Part shown: in pieces, positions 1 to 11,605 of the stretch
Numbering within the stretch: position 1 is the stretch's first letter
Layout: every line of letters begins with the position of its first letter
Assembly (NCBI GenBank): GCA_964019335.1
Contig: OZ025703.1
Location: 186,001 to 250,000, forward strand
DNA: 64,000 bases
From: Diplonema japonicum
Taxonomy: Eukaryota > Protista > Euglenozoa: Diplonemea
Direction: 5' to 3'
Notes under the pieces: model-generated
The model's database searches: none
Seen by the model: the letters and a program-made list of their open reading frames with translations, nothing else
Told to the model about the DNA's origin: nothing
Program-made: the position numbers and the translations under genes

Positions 1-328
1 ACATCGCCTTTTTTGAACGACCTTTAAAAAAGAAATTGGACAAGCGATCCCCTCACGACCCTATTTGTTTTTTTTTTTTATTTGGACCAAAAACCGGGAC
101 ACCCTTGGTCCATTGAACTCGGGTTCCCATAGCCCCCCGAAGGCCTAACCCTTATGCTCCGCACTGAGCTGCCAAAAAAAGAGGGGGAAAAAAAATAGGG
201 AGGGAAGCGAGTTGTAGCACGCTCTGCGTGGATCAGTATACCCCACCCCCCCACCCCACGTCTCTTTTTTTTTCTTTTTTTTTCTCTTACCTCCCATTTA
301 ACCATCTTTTTATGTATAGGAGAATTAA

Positions 329-2134
329 CCATCTACCAACGGACCATTTTTGCCCACCAGGGGGTAAATTTTCAAAACTTCAAAAAAAACTATTCTAGCG
401 CAACGCCGGGGCTATATGCCCCCGGAAATGCCTCCAGATGTCCCAATTCTACAGAGAGGGTACCCACAGCAGGGCCCACCCATTGTCAAAAATATCGTTC
501 CCAAAGTGCTCGAGAGGGGGTACAAAAAACAAGTCAAAAAAAATCGACTGTAAAATTCTATAAAAAGCTATTTAAGGCATTCTTGACGCGGTTCGTACGT
601 GCTCCAGGGCTGGGGGACTTCTTTTTTGACCCCGAGAGGGGTTTCTGGGGTATCCCCGGCAAGGTGGTAGTTTTTGAAGCACGGAGTCACGCAAAGTTGT
701 ACCAAGCAGGCTGACTACTGAAATAGGGTTCTTTTCGACTTGCAATGCTTGCACCGCACGTTGTGCTACTTTTTCGGGGAAATGGTCCCAGAAGGTACTG
801 TTGCGGCGTATTGGGGCCTCAGGGCACTCGTTCTGTGTTTCGGGGCATGGTATTGGGGCAGCCTGCTCTGTAGTTGACTTTAGCTGTTGTTTGGGCAGCC
901 TCCCTAGTAGCCCTTCGATGACTGCCTCTTTGAAAGGCGTGAATCCACTGTCGTTCGTACTCAGGGTGTTGGGGGGCAATGCTTCTTTCCAAACAAGCCG
1001 GGTATTTGCCATCTAACAAGTACGAAAATACTTTCAGGGGCCACTTCGAAGTCATAAGGGTGCGTTTATGGCGTTTTGTCACAGCATCACCCAGCGTCGG
1101 TTCCGCCCATTGCGGTGTTGTAAATATGCACTTGGTGGGGAGCGGGATGTCCTTTCCAGAGGGCCTCCGGTTTTTCATTCTCTTTTGGCCGACACGTCAA
1201 ATTTGACTTCACCAGAACATCCAACGTCGACAGAAAGCGCACAGGCTTGATGGCATGCCACGTTGTGGTGCAAGGGATGCTCACGTGCTGGTGGAACTGG
1301 GTGTCTCCACGGGGTGCGCGTCCTTGGGCTTGCGGCCTCGCTTCTTTGGGGCATCCGTGATCTCCGGGAGGCCTTTGCGATAGGTAGAAGTCAGCACGCT
1401 TGTTTGTTTCGCTGTGGAAACACAGATTTCCCAGAATAGTCAAAAAGCGGTCGCTTGACACGACGGTGGCGTACCCAGGGGTGTGGCTGAGAGACGTGGA
1501 GCCTGTGTGCCAGTAATCAGAATAATCTGGCTTGATATCCAAGTCCATCGACAATAGGGCACCTAGGAAGGTACGCAGAGAAGCAGCATCGAGATCCAGG
1601 GAAACACCTTTTTTAGCCGCATTTGCCACATTGTTCGAAGTTATGACCAAATAATGTTTGGGATGAGCATTTGGGATAATATATGGTACGGCGTTGAGCC
1701 TCTGATGTCAAAACAGGGTCCACAAGGATTCCGATCTTCACGAAACCGGATGCCTTCCAACTGCTCCGGCTTTGCCGTCTTATCACCCTGCTGTGACTCG
1801 GAATCGGTCGAATTCGTATCAGAATCACTGTCCGTATCAAAATTGCATAATAGGGATGAGCCATCAGTGCTACCATCACTCATAATGTCCTCTTTCGGCC
1901 TCTTTCTGGGTGCCCTTTTTTGAAGTGATCTTTAAGGGTAAATTTGGGCTGGCGTTTTTTTCATTATTTTTTCATTTTCTTGCAAAGTTAGGGCAGCATT
2001 TAGTTTATATTTTTCATATTTTCCGCGCAGGACCCGGATGCGATAAGTGGCCGGGCTGTATTGCATTGAAAGCCCTTTTGCGCAAAAGATTTTTTTTTTT
2101 CAAATCGTCTATAAAGACGCTCGTTGGTAGATGG
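329..2134 (-). mobile_element. piggyBac-family DNA transposon, both ends intact, transposase decayed and internally deleted
   Basis: TTAA(325-328)-CCATCTACCAACG ... CGTTGGTAGATGG-TTAA(2135-2138): 13-bp perfect TIR with TTAA TSD; piggyBac transposase motifs on the minus strand. Confidence 0.93.
572..1883 (-). pseudogene. Frameshifted piggyBac transposase
   Basis: Fragments in several frames: acidic N-terminus, LRTFLGALLSM..DYSDYW..TPGYATVVSSDRFLTILGNLCF, YNTAMGGTDAG, KWPLKVFSYLLD; central catalytic region missing. Confidence 0.88.
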
Positions 2135-2234
2135 TTAAAATTCAAATCTGGAAAAGAAAAAAAAAAAAAAAAAAAAAAAAAAAAGCACAAAAAACACAAT
2201 ACACAACGAGAAAAAAAAAAAAAAAAAAAAGAAA

Positions 2235-3104
2235 ATGTCTGAAAACAAAACCGAGAGCCCGATCGAATACGTGTCTCGCAAGCAAGTGCCGGAGCTCGTC
2301 GATGGTCTGATGCTCAAGGTGATCGACGCCAGGCCGGAGGATCCGAGAACATTCATGGCCGCGGTGCTGTCGGGCGCACCACCACCGACCCAAAAAGACG
2401 GCAAGGTCCAACTCTTTCTGACAAGAGCCAGCGTCACATGCCACGGCCCGTGGATACTCCTGAGAATGGCGAACATAGAACACGAGCTCCGAGACGTGAA
2501 CATCATGGTGGGCGACCAGAAGAAACCAGCTTACTTAGAAATGAACCCAACGCACACAGTGCCGCTCATCAGGGATGCAGGCGGTTTGTGTGTGTGGGAG
2601 TCAAACGCGATTATGAGGTTTTTGTGCAACAAATACCAAAACGCTGCAAAATTCTACCCGCAAGACGCAGAAAGCAGGGCTCACTGCGACATGGCAATGG
2701 ACTGGCGACATTCTAACTTCTACAAAAACGTCAGCGAGATGGCGTACAGAAAGCTCGGTCTTATGCCCGACGACGCTGACGCCGTTGCCACTGCAAAGGA
2801 GAAGCTCATCAACGATTCTGACGGCTGTTTCCACATCCTCACCACTTTCTTCTTAAAAGGCAGGCCTTTTATATGCGGGGATGCTCCCACCATCGCAGAT
2901 TTCTGCATTGTACCTTCCTTCGGTTTTCTTGATGTGTGTGATGTTGAAGTCCCTGCTGCAGTGGCCGCGTACCGTAAGAGGCTGGAAGATGCTGTGGGTT
3001 ATGAGGAGGTAGCCGAAGGATGCGGCGCCTTTGGTTTGAAAGCGTTTATCGAAAAGGCAACCAAGCCCGAGGAAGCGAAGAAAGAAGAGGAGAAGAAGGA
3101 GTAA
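2235..3104 (+). CDS. Glutathione S-transferase (theta/delta-like) with N-terminal RIIa/Dpy-30-like docking domain
   Basis: GST-N motifs ASVTC, MNPTHTVPLI..GGLCVWESNAIMRFL; GST-C motif PFICGDAPTIADF; N-terminal EYVSRKQVPELVDGLMLKVIDARPEDPRTFMA. Confidence 0.9.
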   Translation: MSENKTESPIEYVSRKQVPELVDGLMLKVIDARPEDPRTFMAAVLSGAPPPTQKDGKVQLFLTRASVTCHGPWILLRMANIEHELRDVNIMVGDQKKPAYLEMNPTHTVPLIRDAGGLCVWESNAIMRFLCNKYQNAAKFYPQDAESRAHCDMAMDWRHSNFYKNVSEMAYRKLGLMPDDADAVATAKEKLINDSDGCFHILTTFFLKGRPFICGDAPTIADFCIVPSFGFLDVCDVEVPAAVAAYRKRLEDAVGYEEVAEGCGAFGLKAFIEKATKPEEAKKEEEKKE

Positions 3105-3290
3105 TTTTTTTTTGTTTTTTGTTTTTTTTTTTTTTATTTTTTAAAAAAAAAAAAAATTAATTGTACATAACTCCTTACTGTAAAATCTCTTAACTCCGCC
3201 CTCCAACATTTTTCTTAGCCTGTAGGGGTAAAAACGAAGAGCCTGCAATACGTGAGATAGAAATTAAGAGATTTACAGTATTTCAAAAAA

Positions 3291-3333
3291 TTTTTTTCTT
3301 TTCTCCCCCCCCTTTTTTTTCCCCTTTTTTTAG
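3291..3333 (+). promoter_or_regulatory. Putative trans-splice acceptor (polypyrimidine tract + TAG) for the polymerase gene
   Basis: ~40-nt C/T tract ending in TAG at 3331-3333, about 40 nt before the ATG at 3373. Confidence 0.5.
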
Positions 3334-3372
3334 TACACAACTCGAGGTGGGCGCAAAAAGAAAAATTAAACG

Positions 3373-3779
3373 ATGCCCAGTGGGATAAAACGGAGGACAC
3401 CTGATCGGGGGCAGAAAAGCTCTATTTTCACTTCTCGGCCAGTGGGAGACCTGAAGTCGACAGCGACGGACATCCCCACGTCCGACCTCTACCAGAATCT
3501 AGTGGAAGAGGAAGCAAGGAAGAGACAAAAAGTAGGCACGGGGCAATCAACGGCACAAGAACCTGTTGTGGAGTCCCCATTGTCGGCCGTGCTGCAATAC
3601 CACAGACAACAAGCGAAGATTGTTGAGGAGTCCAGGCTGAACTCAAAAGCGGAGGCGGGCGCGAAAAAAGGCGGCAAGGGAAAGGGCGGAAAAGGCAGCA
3701 AAGGGGGAAAACCAACCAAACCAAAACCAGCCCCGAAGCTTCAGGCAAAAAAACCAACCCCGAAACAACAACAACCACT

Positions 3780-3852
<73 letters not shown>

Positions 3853-5613
3853 CCCGAAGTAGCGAAAATAGATCTTTCATCGTTTCTATCCGCATACCCG
3901 GCACAGATATCCCCTTATATTTCTCTGCATTTAAAATCCTGGCATAGTGATGAATCGACTGGAGATCTTCTTGCGGCAACCGGTGCTTGGCCCGATCCGA
4001 GTTCGGTCACCGCTAAAATCCGTTTGGACCAGGGTACAGCATGGGACGGACTGTTGACCCCGAACAACCTCGTGCCCCTCGTATCGCTTCTAACCGACGA
4101 AGCCCGAGAAAAATTCTGCTTCAACGTTCAACACATCCTGACGTTCTTGCTGAGAAGAGGTACGTTTAACAAAGCACCGGCAAGGCTTTACGACATCAAA
4201 ACAATGCTGTGGATGCTCGATCCTGTCAAAGCCTTCTCTTTAAAAGAAGCAACCGCTTACTACAAGCAGGACACTGTTTTCGGTCTGAACATGGTGTTAA
4301 AAAGCCGCCTGCAAGACGAACGCTTAGCATACGGTTTCACACAGTTGGAGACACCCTTGGCGTGGCTTCTGGCTGGAATGCGTGTGAACGGATTCCCAAT
4401 AGACCTCGAGGTGATACGCACCTCTACAGAACTGAACAGTTCGAGGCTTCTGGAATTAGAAAAAGAATCAGCGTGTCTTGCTAACAAAGAAGATTTCAAC
4501 ACGCAAAGTGTCGACGATATACGAACTGTACTTTTCGATGAGCTTCGCCTGCAAGACAAAGTCGGCGCGCACAACCTCACCATAACCCCTAAGAAGGGCG
4601 TGTATTCGACTGACAAAGAAAACCTCCTCCTCCTGTCCCAGCACCACGCTCTTCCAGGTGTAATTATCGAACACAGAGCCCTGCAAAAAATGCAATCAAC
4701 TTATGTTCAAAATCTAACATCTCATGCGATAAAAAGCTCGGCAGGAGCGTCCGTCCACCCTGTTTTCAACCAAGAAGGAACCGATACAGGGAGGCTTTCC
4801 TGTTCTTCACCTAATCTTCAGAACCAACCGCGGAAGGGGAACAAGTACGGGAAGATCAGAGAAGCGTTTCGAGCGCTTCCAGGTGAGGTCCTGATAGCCA
4901 TGGATTACTCCCAGATTGAAATCAGAGTCTTGGCACATGTTTCAAAAGATCCCGCACTGATCGACATTTTAAAATCCGGTGGCGACATGCATAGGTCGGT
5001 AGCGGCGAAGGTTTTCAATAAGAAGAAGGAAGACGTGACTCAAGAAGAAAGGCAAGCCGGGAAGAAAGTAGTCTTCGGGATGATATACGGTCAGGGTGTC
5101 AAAGCTCTCGCAGGAGGGTTGGGCGTTTCTATCGATAAAGCTTCAGGGCTTTTGACAGGATTTCGGCGTGAGTTTCCAGGCGTTGTTGCTTGGGGAGAAC
5201 GTGCAGTTCTTCAATGCCGCTCCTCCGGTATGGTCCGCACCTTTGCAAACCGGCTCCGAAAATTGCCATGTATCAACACCGGAAATCCCTTTGAACGGGC
5301 GCAAGCTGAACGCCAAGCAACCAACACTGTCATCCAAGGGTCCGCGGCCGATATCATAAAGATGGCTATGCTCACCACAGCACCGCATGCGGTTCAGTAC
5401 GGTTTAACTCTTCTTTGCCAGGTCCACGACGAGATGATCTACAGTTCCCCCCCAGGCTGCCTTCAGAAGGTTATCCCGTTGCTTAAATCAGCAATGGAAA
5501 CCGCCACCTCTCTCGCAGTCCCCCTAACCGTGTCAATTGAATACGGGCCTACATGGGGCGAACTTGTCCCGTGGGACAACGGGGAACCAGCTGCTTCTTG
5601 GAATGGGATTTGA
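3373..5613 (+). CDS. Family A DNA polymerase (Pol theta/Pol I-like, polymerase domain only; possibly related to trypanosomatid PolIE)
   Basis: TGRLSCSSPNLQN, motif A DYSQIEIRVLAH, motif B RQAGKKVVFGMIYG, NTVIQGSAADIIK, motif C QVHDEMIY; basic low-complexity N-terminus with poly-Q; no helicase domain. Confidence 0.95.
3781..3852 (+). repeat. (CAA)24 microsatellite encoding poly-Q
   Basis: Uninterrupted CAA run in frame within the polymerase ORF. Confidence 0.95.
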
Positions 5614-5823
5614 AAGACGAAAGCTGTGTCAATTGGATACAGGGGGGAAAAAAAAGGGGTTTTTTTTTTTTTTTTAAAGTTTTTCCCTTCTTGCTTTGTC
5701 TTTTTTTTTTTTTTTTATCTCATCTGAAAAAAAAAAAAGAAGCTAAACCCTCCTTTTTTTTTTTATGCTGCAACTAAGACCACAACAACAGATTCCTTAA
5801 ACACATACAAACAAGAAAAAGAA

Positions 5824-6822
5824 ATGGGTTCCGTAGGAAGCATTGCGGCCGTCATCGACGTGTCCATCACAGCCTTCTACTTGGACATGAGGGTGAACCT
5901 CGATGGTGGCAGCGGGTGGGAGAGTCCCATCTACTGTGGGGCTTACCCGAACGCAGCTGGCAGCAGGAAACCCCAAGACTACACCAGTGTGACTAGACAT
6001 GCGTCTCACGACGGGAGTGGCAGCTACTTCATGCCGAGGATCACAAGGGATGCCTACAACAATGCCATCAGTCCTCATGTCACTTACGAGGTGAAGTGCA
6101 GCATTAACCCTAAGAAAGGTAACTGGGATTACCTCAGCACGTATGTGAGGACCCCTGCTGCTCCGACACCGGCTCCCACCCCTGTCCCAACTCCTGCTCC
6201 CACACCCGAGCCCACTCCTGCCCCTACACCCGAGCCCACTCCTGCTCCCACACCTGAGCCGACTCCTGTCCCGACCCCTGCCCCCACACCTGTCCCCACC
6301 CCTGCTCCCTGTGTGACTGGGGTGAAGCTGAACGGGGTCCCCGTGACTGAGATCGACATGGACGGACAGGAGACCCTTGACCTTGGGGGGAAGACCTGGT
6401 CGCACTTCCCGAACTCCATGAACGGGATGCACGCCTACTCCCTCCCGTACCCTGTTCCCGCAACAACCGAGATCGAGATGACCTGCTGCGGTGGGGAGGA
6501 GTGCGTGTTCTTCGTGGCTCTGTACAACTGTGCTGCGTGCCTCGGACCCAGGCCTGCTGGCCTCGCCGAGACCCTCGTCCTGGACGGGTGGGACAGTGGT
6601 GCATGCTCCCCCAGGTTCGAGGGGGACTTCAAGACCACCGCCTTCCGCAAGGGTGTTGACGCTGTGAACCAGGACGTTGTCCTCACCTACACCGCACCCC
6701 ACGAGGAGATCATGCAGGTGTTCGGGTTGGAGGGGGCTGTTCACAACCCGTGGTGTGTGAGGCCCCGTGGCCCTGTGGCTCCTGGTGGTGCTGGGTGCGG
6801 TGGGAAGTGCCCTGTTATCTAA
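5824..6822 (+). CDS. Array family type A (332 aa), variant A1: FN3-like domain + PTPAP linker + Cys-rich domain
   Basis: Intact ORF, strong C/G third-position bias, conserved across paralogues; loops [14 protein letters not shown] / NPKKGNWD. Confidence 0.9.
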   Translation: MGSVGSIAAVIDVSITAFYLDMRVNLDGGSGWESPIYCGAYPNAAGSRKPQDYTSVTRHASHDGSGSYFMPRITRDAYNNAISPHVTYEVKCSINPKKGNWDYLSTYVRTPAAPTPAPTPVPTPAPTPEPTPAPTPEPTPAPTPEPTPVPTPAPTPVPTPAPCVTGVKLNGVPVTEIDMDGQETLDLGGKTWSHFPNSMNGMHAYSLPYPVPATTEIEMTCCGGEECVFFVALYNCAACLGPRPAGLAETLVLDGWDSGACSPRFEGDFKTTAFRKGVDAVNQDVVLTYTAPHEEIMQVFGLEGAVHNPWCVRPRGPVAPGGAGCGGKCPVI

Positions 6823-7223
6823 GATCCATTCACTACAAACAGCTTCCTATTTCATATTTTCAATTCCCCCTCCACCTATCCTACTCAATACCCCTTAAAG
6901 TGAAGCGATGGTCAAATTTCAATATTTGATGGTCTCACAACGAAGGGACTTTAAAAATGAAAGAATGGCAAACTCAGGCAAGTAGCACAAAGACACATGC
7001 TCTCTTCAAGACTTTGGACTTTTGGATATGAATTCCTCCCTTAGTCAACTGCGCCCTTCACAAGGTGACTGTCAATGGTGTCTGACATTGTATGCTCTGT
7101 TTTTAAGGAATGCCATGTCATTTTCTTTTTCTTTCTTTCTTTCCCCTCTTTTCTCTGTTAAAAATGATCAAACTAGACACACTTGTACCAGAGCAAGAAA
7201 CTACTTTTCCTTGTTCTGCGCGA

Positions 7224-7525
7224 TTTGTCTTTCTGGACTTTTCTTGCCAGCGGGACTTCTGCGTAGGCAATGATCAAGGGCAACTTGGTACTTCCAGCAA
7301 GTACCAGCCCCGCCGCTTTGTCAAAAGCTACACCCCTATCAAGTTGAACCCTATGGGTGCCTTTTGACGTTTCTTTTTTTTTTTTTTATATTTTTTTTTT
7401 ATACCTTTTTGTCTTTCTGGACTTTTCTTGCCAGCAGAACCGAATGAGGCTTCTGCGAAGGCAATGATCAAGGGCGTCTTGCAACTTCCTATCAAGTTAA
7501 ACCCTATGGGTGCCTTTTGACGTTT
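7224..7525 (+). repeat. Imperfect direct duplication (~120-150 bp) in the A1 3' spacer
   Basis: tttgtctttctggacttttcttgccagc...aaccctatgggtgccttttgacg occurs twice; also in the paralogous spacer at ~58381-58676. Confidence 0.8.
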
Positions 7526-7977
7526 TGTTTGTTTTCATTTTGTTTTCTGTTTTCGGTTTAACTGGCAACACCTTCAGAAACCGTTTCTATTTTTTTTTTT
7601 TTTTTTTTACCTTTTAACCCTTTTGTTTCCCCTTTTTTTTTCTTCTTTTTCCAAAAAAAAAAAGAGAGGAGAGGGGAAGAGAACGAGATTCTTTTTATTT
7701 TTTTTTCTTCTCCCTCTAAATTCCATCTTTTATTTGAAAAGTGAAAAAAAGAGAAAAAAAAAAAAAAAAACCGACTTTTTTGTTTTTTAACTGCACCACG
7801 AGTCGCTCTGGTCGATGCTACTCTTCCCTCTTCACACTCTAGCGCCTTGGATCATCACTTTTTTGCTTTTTTTTCAATTCTGGTTGATACAAGGCATCCT
7901 CTCTTGTTATTTTTATTTTTCTTATCGACAACTTTTTTTATTTCTGCGATACATCTACGCTCGGGGATAGCCGTCTT

Positions 7978-8097
7978 TCATGTGTCCTGCGTAGTCTCAT
8001 GTGTCCTGCGTAGTCTCATGTGTCCTGCGTAGTCTCATGTGTCCTGCGTAGTCTCATGTGTCCTGCGTAGTCTCATGTGTCCTGCGTAGTCTCATGT
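7978..8097 (+). repeat. 19-bp minisatellite (gtctcatgtgtcctgcgta), 6 units
   Basis: Direct reading; all units are the T variant. Confidence 0.95.
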
Positions 8098-8232
8098 CGT
8101 CCTTCTGAACCACAATCCTAGTCTCAAGCCCACCAACTTGGCCAACGTTTTTCTTCTTACTTTTTCAAAAAGAAAAATTAAATTAATCTCACAGATTTCA
8201 ACACTAACACATTTTAATAAAACAAAAGCAAA

Positions 8233-9231
8233 ATGGGTTCTGCAGGAAGCATTGCGGCCGTCATCGACGTGTCCATCACAGCCTTCTACTTGGACATGAG
8301 GGTGAACCTCGATGGTGGCAGCGGGTGGGAGAGTCCCATCTACTGTGGGGCTTTCCCCAACGGAGCTGGCAGCAGGAGACCCCAAGACTATACTCGTGTG
8401 TCTAGGTGGCCGTCTCACGACGGGAGTGGCAGCTACTTCATGCCGAGGATCACAAGGGATGCCTACAACAATGCCATCAATCCTCATGTCACTTACGAGG
8501 TGAAGTGCAGCATTGACCCCGACTGGGGTGGTTGGTCTTACCTCAGCACGTATGTGAGGACCCCTGCTGCTCCGACACCGGCTCCCACCCCTGTCCCAAC
8601 TCCTGCTCCCACACCCGAGCCCACTCCTGCCCCTACACCCGAGCCCACTCCTGCTCCCACACCTGAGCCGACTCCTGTCCCGACCCCTGCCCCCACACCT
8701 GTCCCCACCCCTGCTCCCTGTGTGACTGGGGTGAAGCTGAACGGGGTCCCCGTGACTGAGATCGACATGGACGGACAGGAGACCCTTGACCTTGGGGGGA
8801 AGACCTGGTCGCACTTCCCGAACTCCATGAACGGGATGCACGCCTACTCCCTCCCGTACCCTGTTCCCGCAACAACCGAGATCGAGATGACCTGCTGCGG
8901 TGGGGAGGAGTGCGTGTTCTTCGTGGCTCTGTACAACTGTGCTGCGTGCCTCGGACCCAGGCCTGCTGGCCTCGCCGAGACCCTCGTCCTGGACGGGTGG
9001 GACAGTGGTGCATGCTCCCCCAGGTTCGAGGGGGACTTCAAGACCACCGCCTTCCGCAAGGGTGTTGACGCTGTGAACCAGGACGTTGTCCTCACCTACA
9101 CCGCACCCCACGAGGAGATCATGCAGATGTTCGGGTTGGAGGGGGCTGTTCACAACCCGTGGTGTGTGAGGCCCCATGGCCCTGTGGCTCCTGGTGGTGC
9201 TGGGTGCGGTGGGAAGTGCCCTGTTATCTAA
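8233..9231 (+). CDS. Array family type A (332 aa), variant A2
   Basis: Intact paralogue; loops [14 protein letters not shown] / DPDWGGWS. Confidence 0.9.
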   Translation: MGSAGSIAAVIDVSITAFYLDMRVNLDGGSGWESPIYCGAFPNGAGSRRPQDYTRVSRWPSHDGSGSYFMPRITRDAYNNAINPHVTYEVKCSIDPDWGGWSYLSTYVRTPAAPTPAPTPVPTPAPTPEPTPAPTPEPTPAPTPEPTPVPTPAPTPVPTPAPCVTGVKLNGVPVTEIDMDGQETLDLGGKTWSHFPNSMNGMHAYSLPYPVPATTEIEMTCCGGEECVFFVALYNCAACLGPRPAGLAETLVLDGWDSGACSPRFEGDFKTTAFRKGVDAVNQDVVLTYTAPHEEIMQMFGLEGAVHNPWCVRPHGPVAPGGAGCGGKCPVI

Positions 9232-10735
9232 GATCCAATGGTTTAACAGCACTACACACAGAAGACGAGTTGCTTTTAACTTTATATTATGAAACACTTT
9301 GTTGTGTTATTATTAGAAAACAAGGAATGTCAAACAGTGGACTAATCTCTACCTCCACATCTCTAAAAGCAATCTACCTGTTCTTGTTGTTCCCTTTTCT
9401 TTCGTTTGTTCTCCCTCTTTTTTTTTTAATGGTAACCCTTCCGTCAACCATCATCAGAATTTAACATCTGATGTCCTCTCCTCTTCCCGCCCTTCTTTTT
9501 CCATCTACTGGGAGAAAAGAAGGAATAGTGAAATGGAAGAAAGAAAGGTGAAGGCAAAAAAGGCGAAAAAAGAGGAGAAAAAAATTACAGATCTGGCAAC
9601 TCAGCAATCTGAGTATTCTCACTAGAACCTCTTTTGGAGGATTTTGAACGCAGGTTCACTCTGGGCGCCTTACACAGGGTCGCTTCAGGGAGAGGTTGCA
9701 TGGGAATGCTGCTCTTTTTTTTTCCTTTTCTTTTTTTCTCTCTTTTTCTTCTTCTTCAAGGTTTTTGCAATCGTATCTTTTTGTTCTTTTTTTGTATTTT
9801 ATCCATGAAAAGGTTTTTAACGATCTCTTCGATATTCTCTCCCTCCACCCATCGACCTCTCGACCTTCTACTTTGGTTTAACTGTTAAACAGGAACCGTT
9901 TCTCCGCTCTCCACAACATCTTGTGGTACTTTGATTTTTTTTTTTTCCTTTTTTTCCCCCCCTCTCTCTATCTAGTTCTAAACCCCTTCCTTCTGTCTCA
10001 TTGATTGTCCGAGCCGATAAAAACATAAAAATAAAAGAGGGGAAGGAAAAAAAAAAAAAAAAGGAAGAAAACCGGCTTCTCATATCGCTTGTGCACATAA
10101 AAAAAAAGAGATGACAGACAGAGAATGAGAATAGAATAAAGAAAAAAAAAGAGAGAGAAAGAGAAGGGATTCACACCCCTTGGCTCCTTTTTTGTTTTTG
10201 TTTTTGTTTTCCCCCTTTCCCCACAAACGCAAATTTTCTTCCTTCCGCTTTTTATATTCTATTTCTGGGATTTTTAAAGTACCACGCACCCATAGCACTT
10301 GCACTTTCCATATCGAAAAAAAAAAAAAAAAAAACCAAAAAATCACCTTTGGGGGTACGACAGCTCAGAGCAGTACTGACTCAGAAGGGACATCCTCACT
10401 GCCGACGAAGAAGTGGCGTGGGGGGGGGGGGGGGGGGGGGACCCCGTATTGCGTCCACATAAGGAACACAAGTTCCAGACCTCCTGGCGAGTTTCAGGGC
10501 TCTCGTTGTGAAAGTAGAGCAAACACCTAACAATCGAAGGGGTCAATGTAAAATGAACACATGGCTGTTGAGTGATGACTACTTTTTGTCCTGCTCTCTG
10601 TCATGTTTTTTTCAAATATACCCACCAGCGAAGGGTTAACCCCTATTCACAATGGAAACCATCTCAACAAACAACAACTAACATAGATTTTGACGCTTCA
10701 AAAAAAAAAAAAAAAAAGAAAAAAAAACCAACAAA

Positions 10736-11605
10736 ATGGGTTCCGCAGGAAGCATTGCGGCCGTCATCGACGTGTCCATCACAGCCTTCTACTTGGACAT
10801 GAGGGTGAACCTCAACGGCGGCAGCGGGTGGGATAGTCCCATCTACTGCGCGGCTTTCCCGAACGGAGCTGCCGGCATGAATCCCCAAGACCACACCAAT
10901 GTGATTATGAACCCGACTCACGACGGGAGTGGCAGCTACTTGATGCCGAGGATCACAAGGGATGCCAACAACAACACCATTGGTCCTCAAGTCACTTACG
11001 AGGTGAAGTGCAGCATTAACCCTAAGTATGGTGACTGGTCTTACCTCAGCACTACTGTGATAACCCCTGCTGCTCCGACACCGGCTCTCACCCTTGCTCC
11101 CTGTGTGACTGGAGTAAAGCTGAACGGGGTCCCCGTGACTCAGATCGACATGGACGGACAGGAGACCCTTGACCTCGGGGGGAAGACCTGGTCGCACTTC
11201 CCGAACCACATGAACGGGATGCACGCCTACTCCCTCCCGTACCCTGTTCCCGCAACAACCAAGATCGAGATGACCTGCTGCGGTGGGGAGGAGTGTGTGT
11301 TCTTCGTGGCTCTGTACAACTGTACAGCGTGCCTCAAACCCAGGCCCGTTGGCCTCGCCGAGACCCTCGTCCTGGACGGGTGGGACAGTGGTGCATGCTC
11401 CCCCAGGTTCGAGGGGGACTTCAAGACCACCGCCTTCCGCAAGGGTGTTGACGCTGTGAAACAAGACGTTGTCCTCACCTACACCGCACCCCACGAGGAG
11501 ATCATGCAGGTGTTCGGGTTGGAGGGGGCTGTTCAGAACCCGTGGTGTGTGAAGCCTGTGGCTCCTGGTGGTGCTGGGTGCGGTGGGAAGTGCCCTGTCT
11601 TCTAA
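10736..11605 (+). CDS. Array family type B (289 aa, short linker)
   Basis: Intact paralogue; loops GMNPQDHTNVIMNPT / NPKYGDWS; ends CPVF. Confidence 0.9.
   Translation: MGSAGSIAAVIDVSITAFYLDMRVNLNGGSGWDSPIYCAAFPNGAAGMNPQDHTNVIMNPTHDGSGSYLMPRITRDANNNTIGPQVTYEVKCSINPKYGDWSYLSTTVITPAAPTPALTLAPCVTGVKLNGVPVTQIDMDGQETLDLGGKTWSHFPNHMNGMHAYSLPYPVPATTKIEMTCCGGEECVFFVALYNCTACLKPRPVGLAETLVLDGWDSGACSPRFEGDFKTTAFRKGVDAVKQDVVLTYTAPHEEIMQVFGLEGAVQNPWCVKPVAPGGAGCGGKCPVF

Noticed and set aside
5797-9297. Long antisense ORFs (273-410 aa) over every A/B gene
   Set aside because: Shadows of the sense-strand codon bias; their ends vary and run into poly-T sequence
10420-10440. Poly-G/poly-C tracts as G-quadruplex regulators
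   Set aside because: Homopolymers are ubiquitous here and vary in length between duplicates
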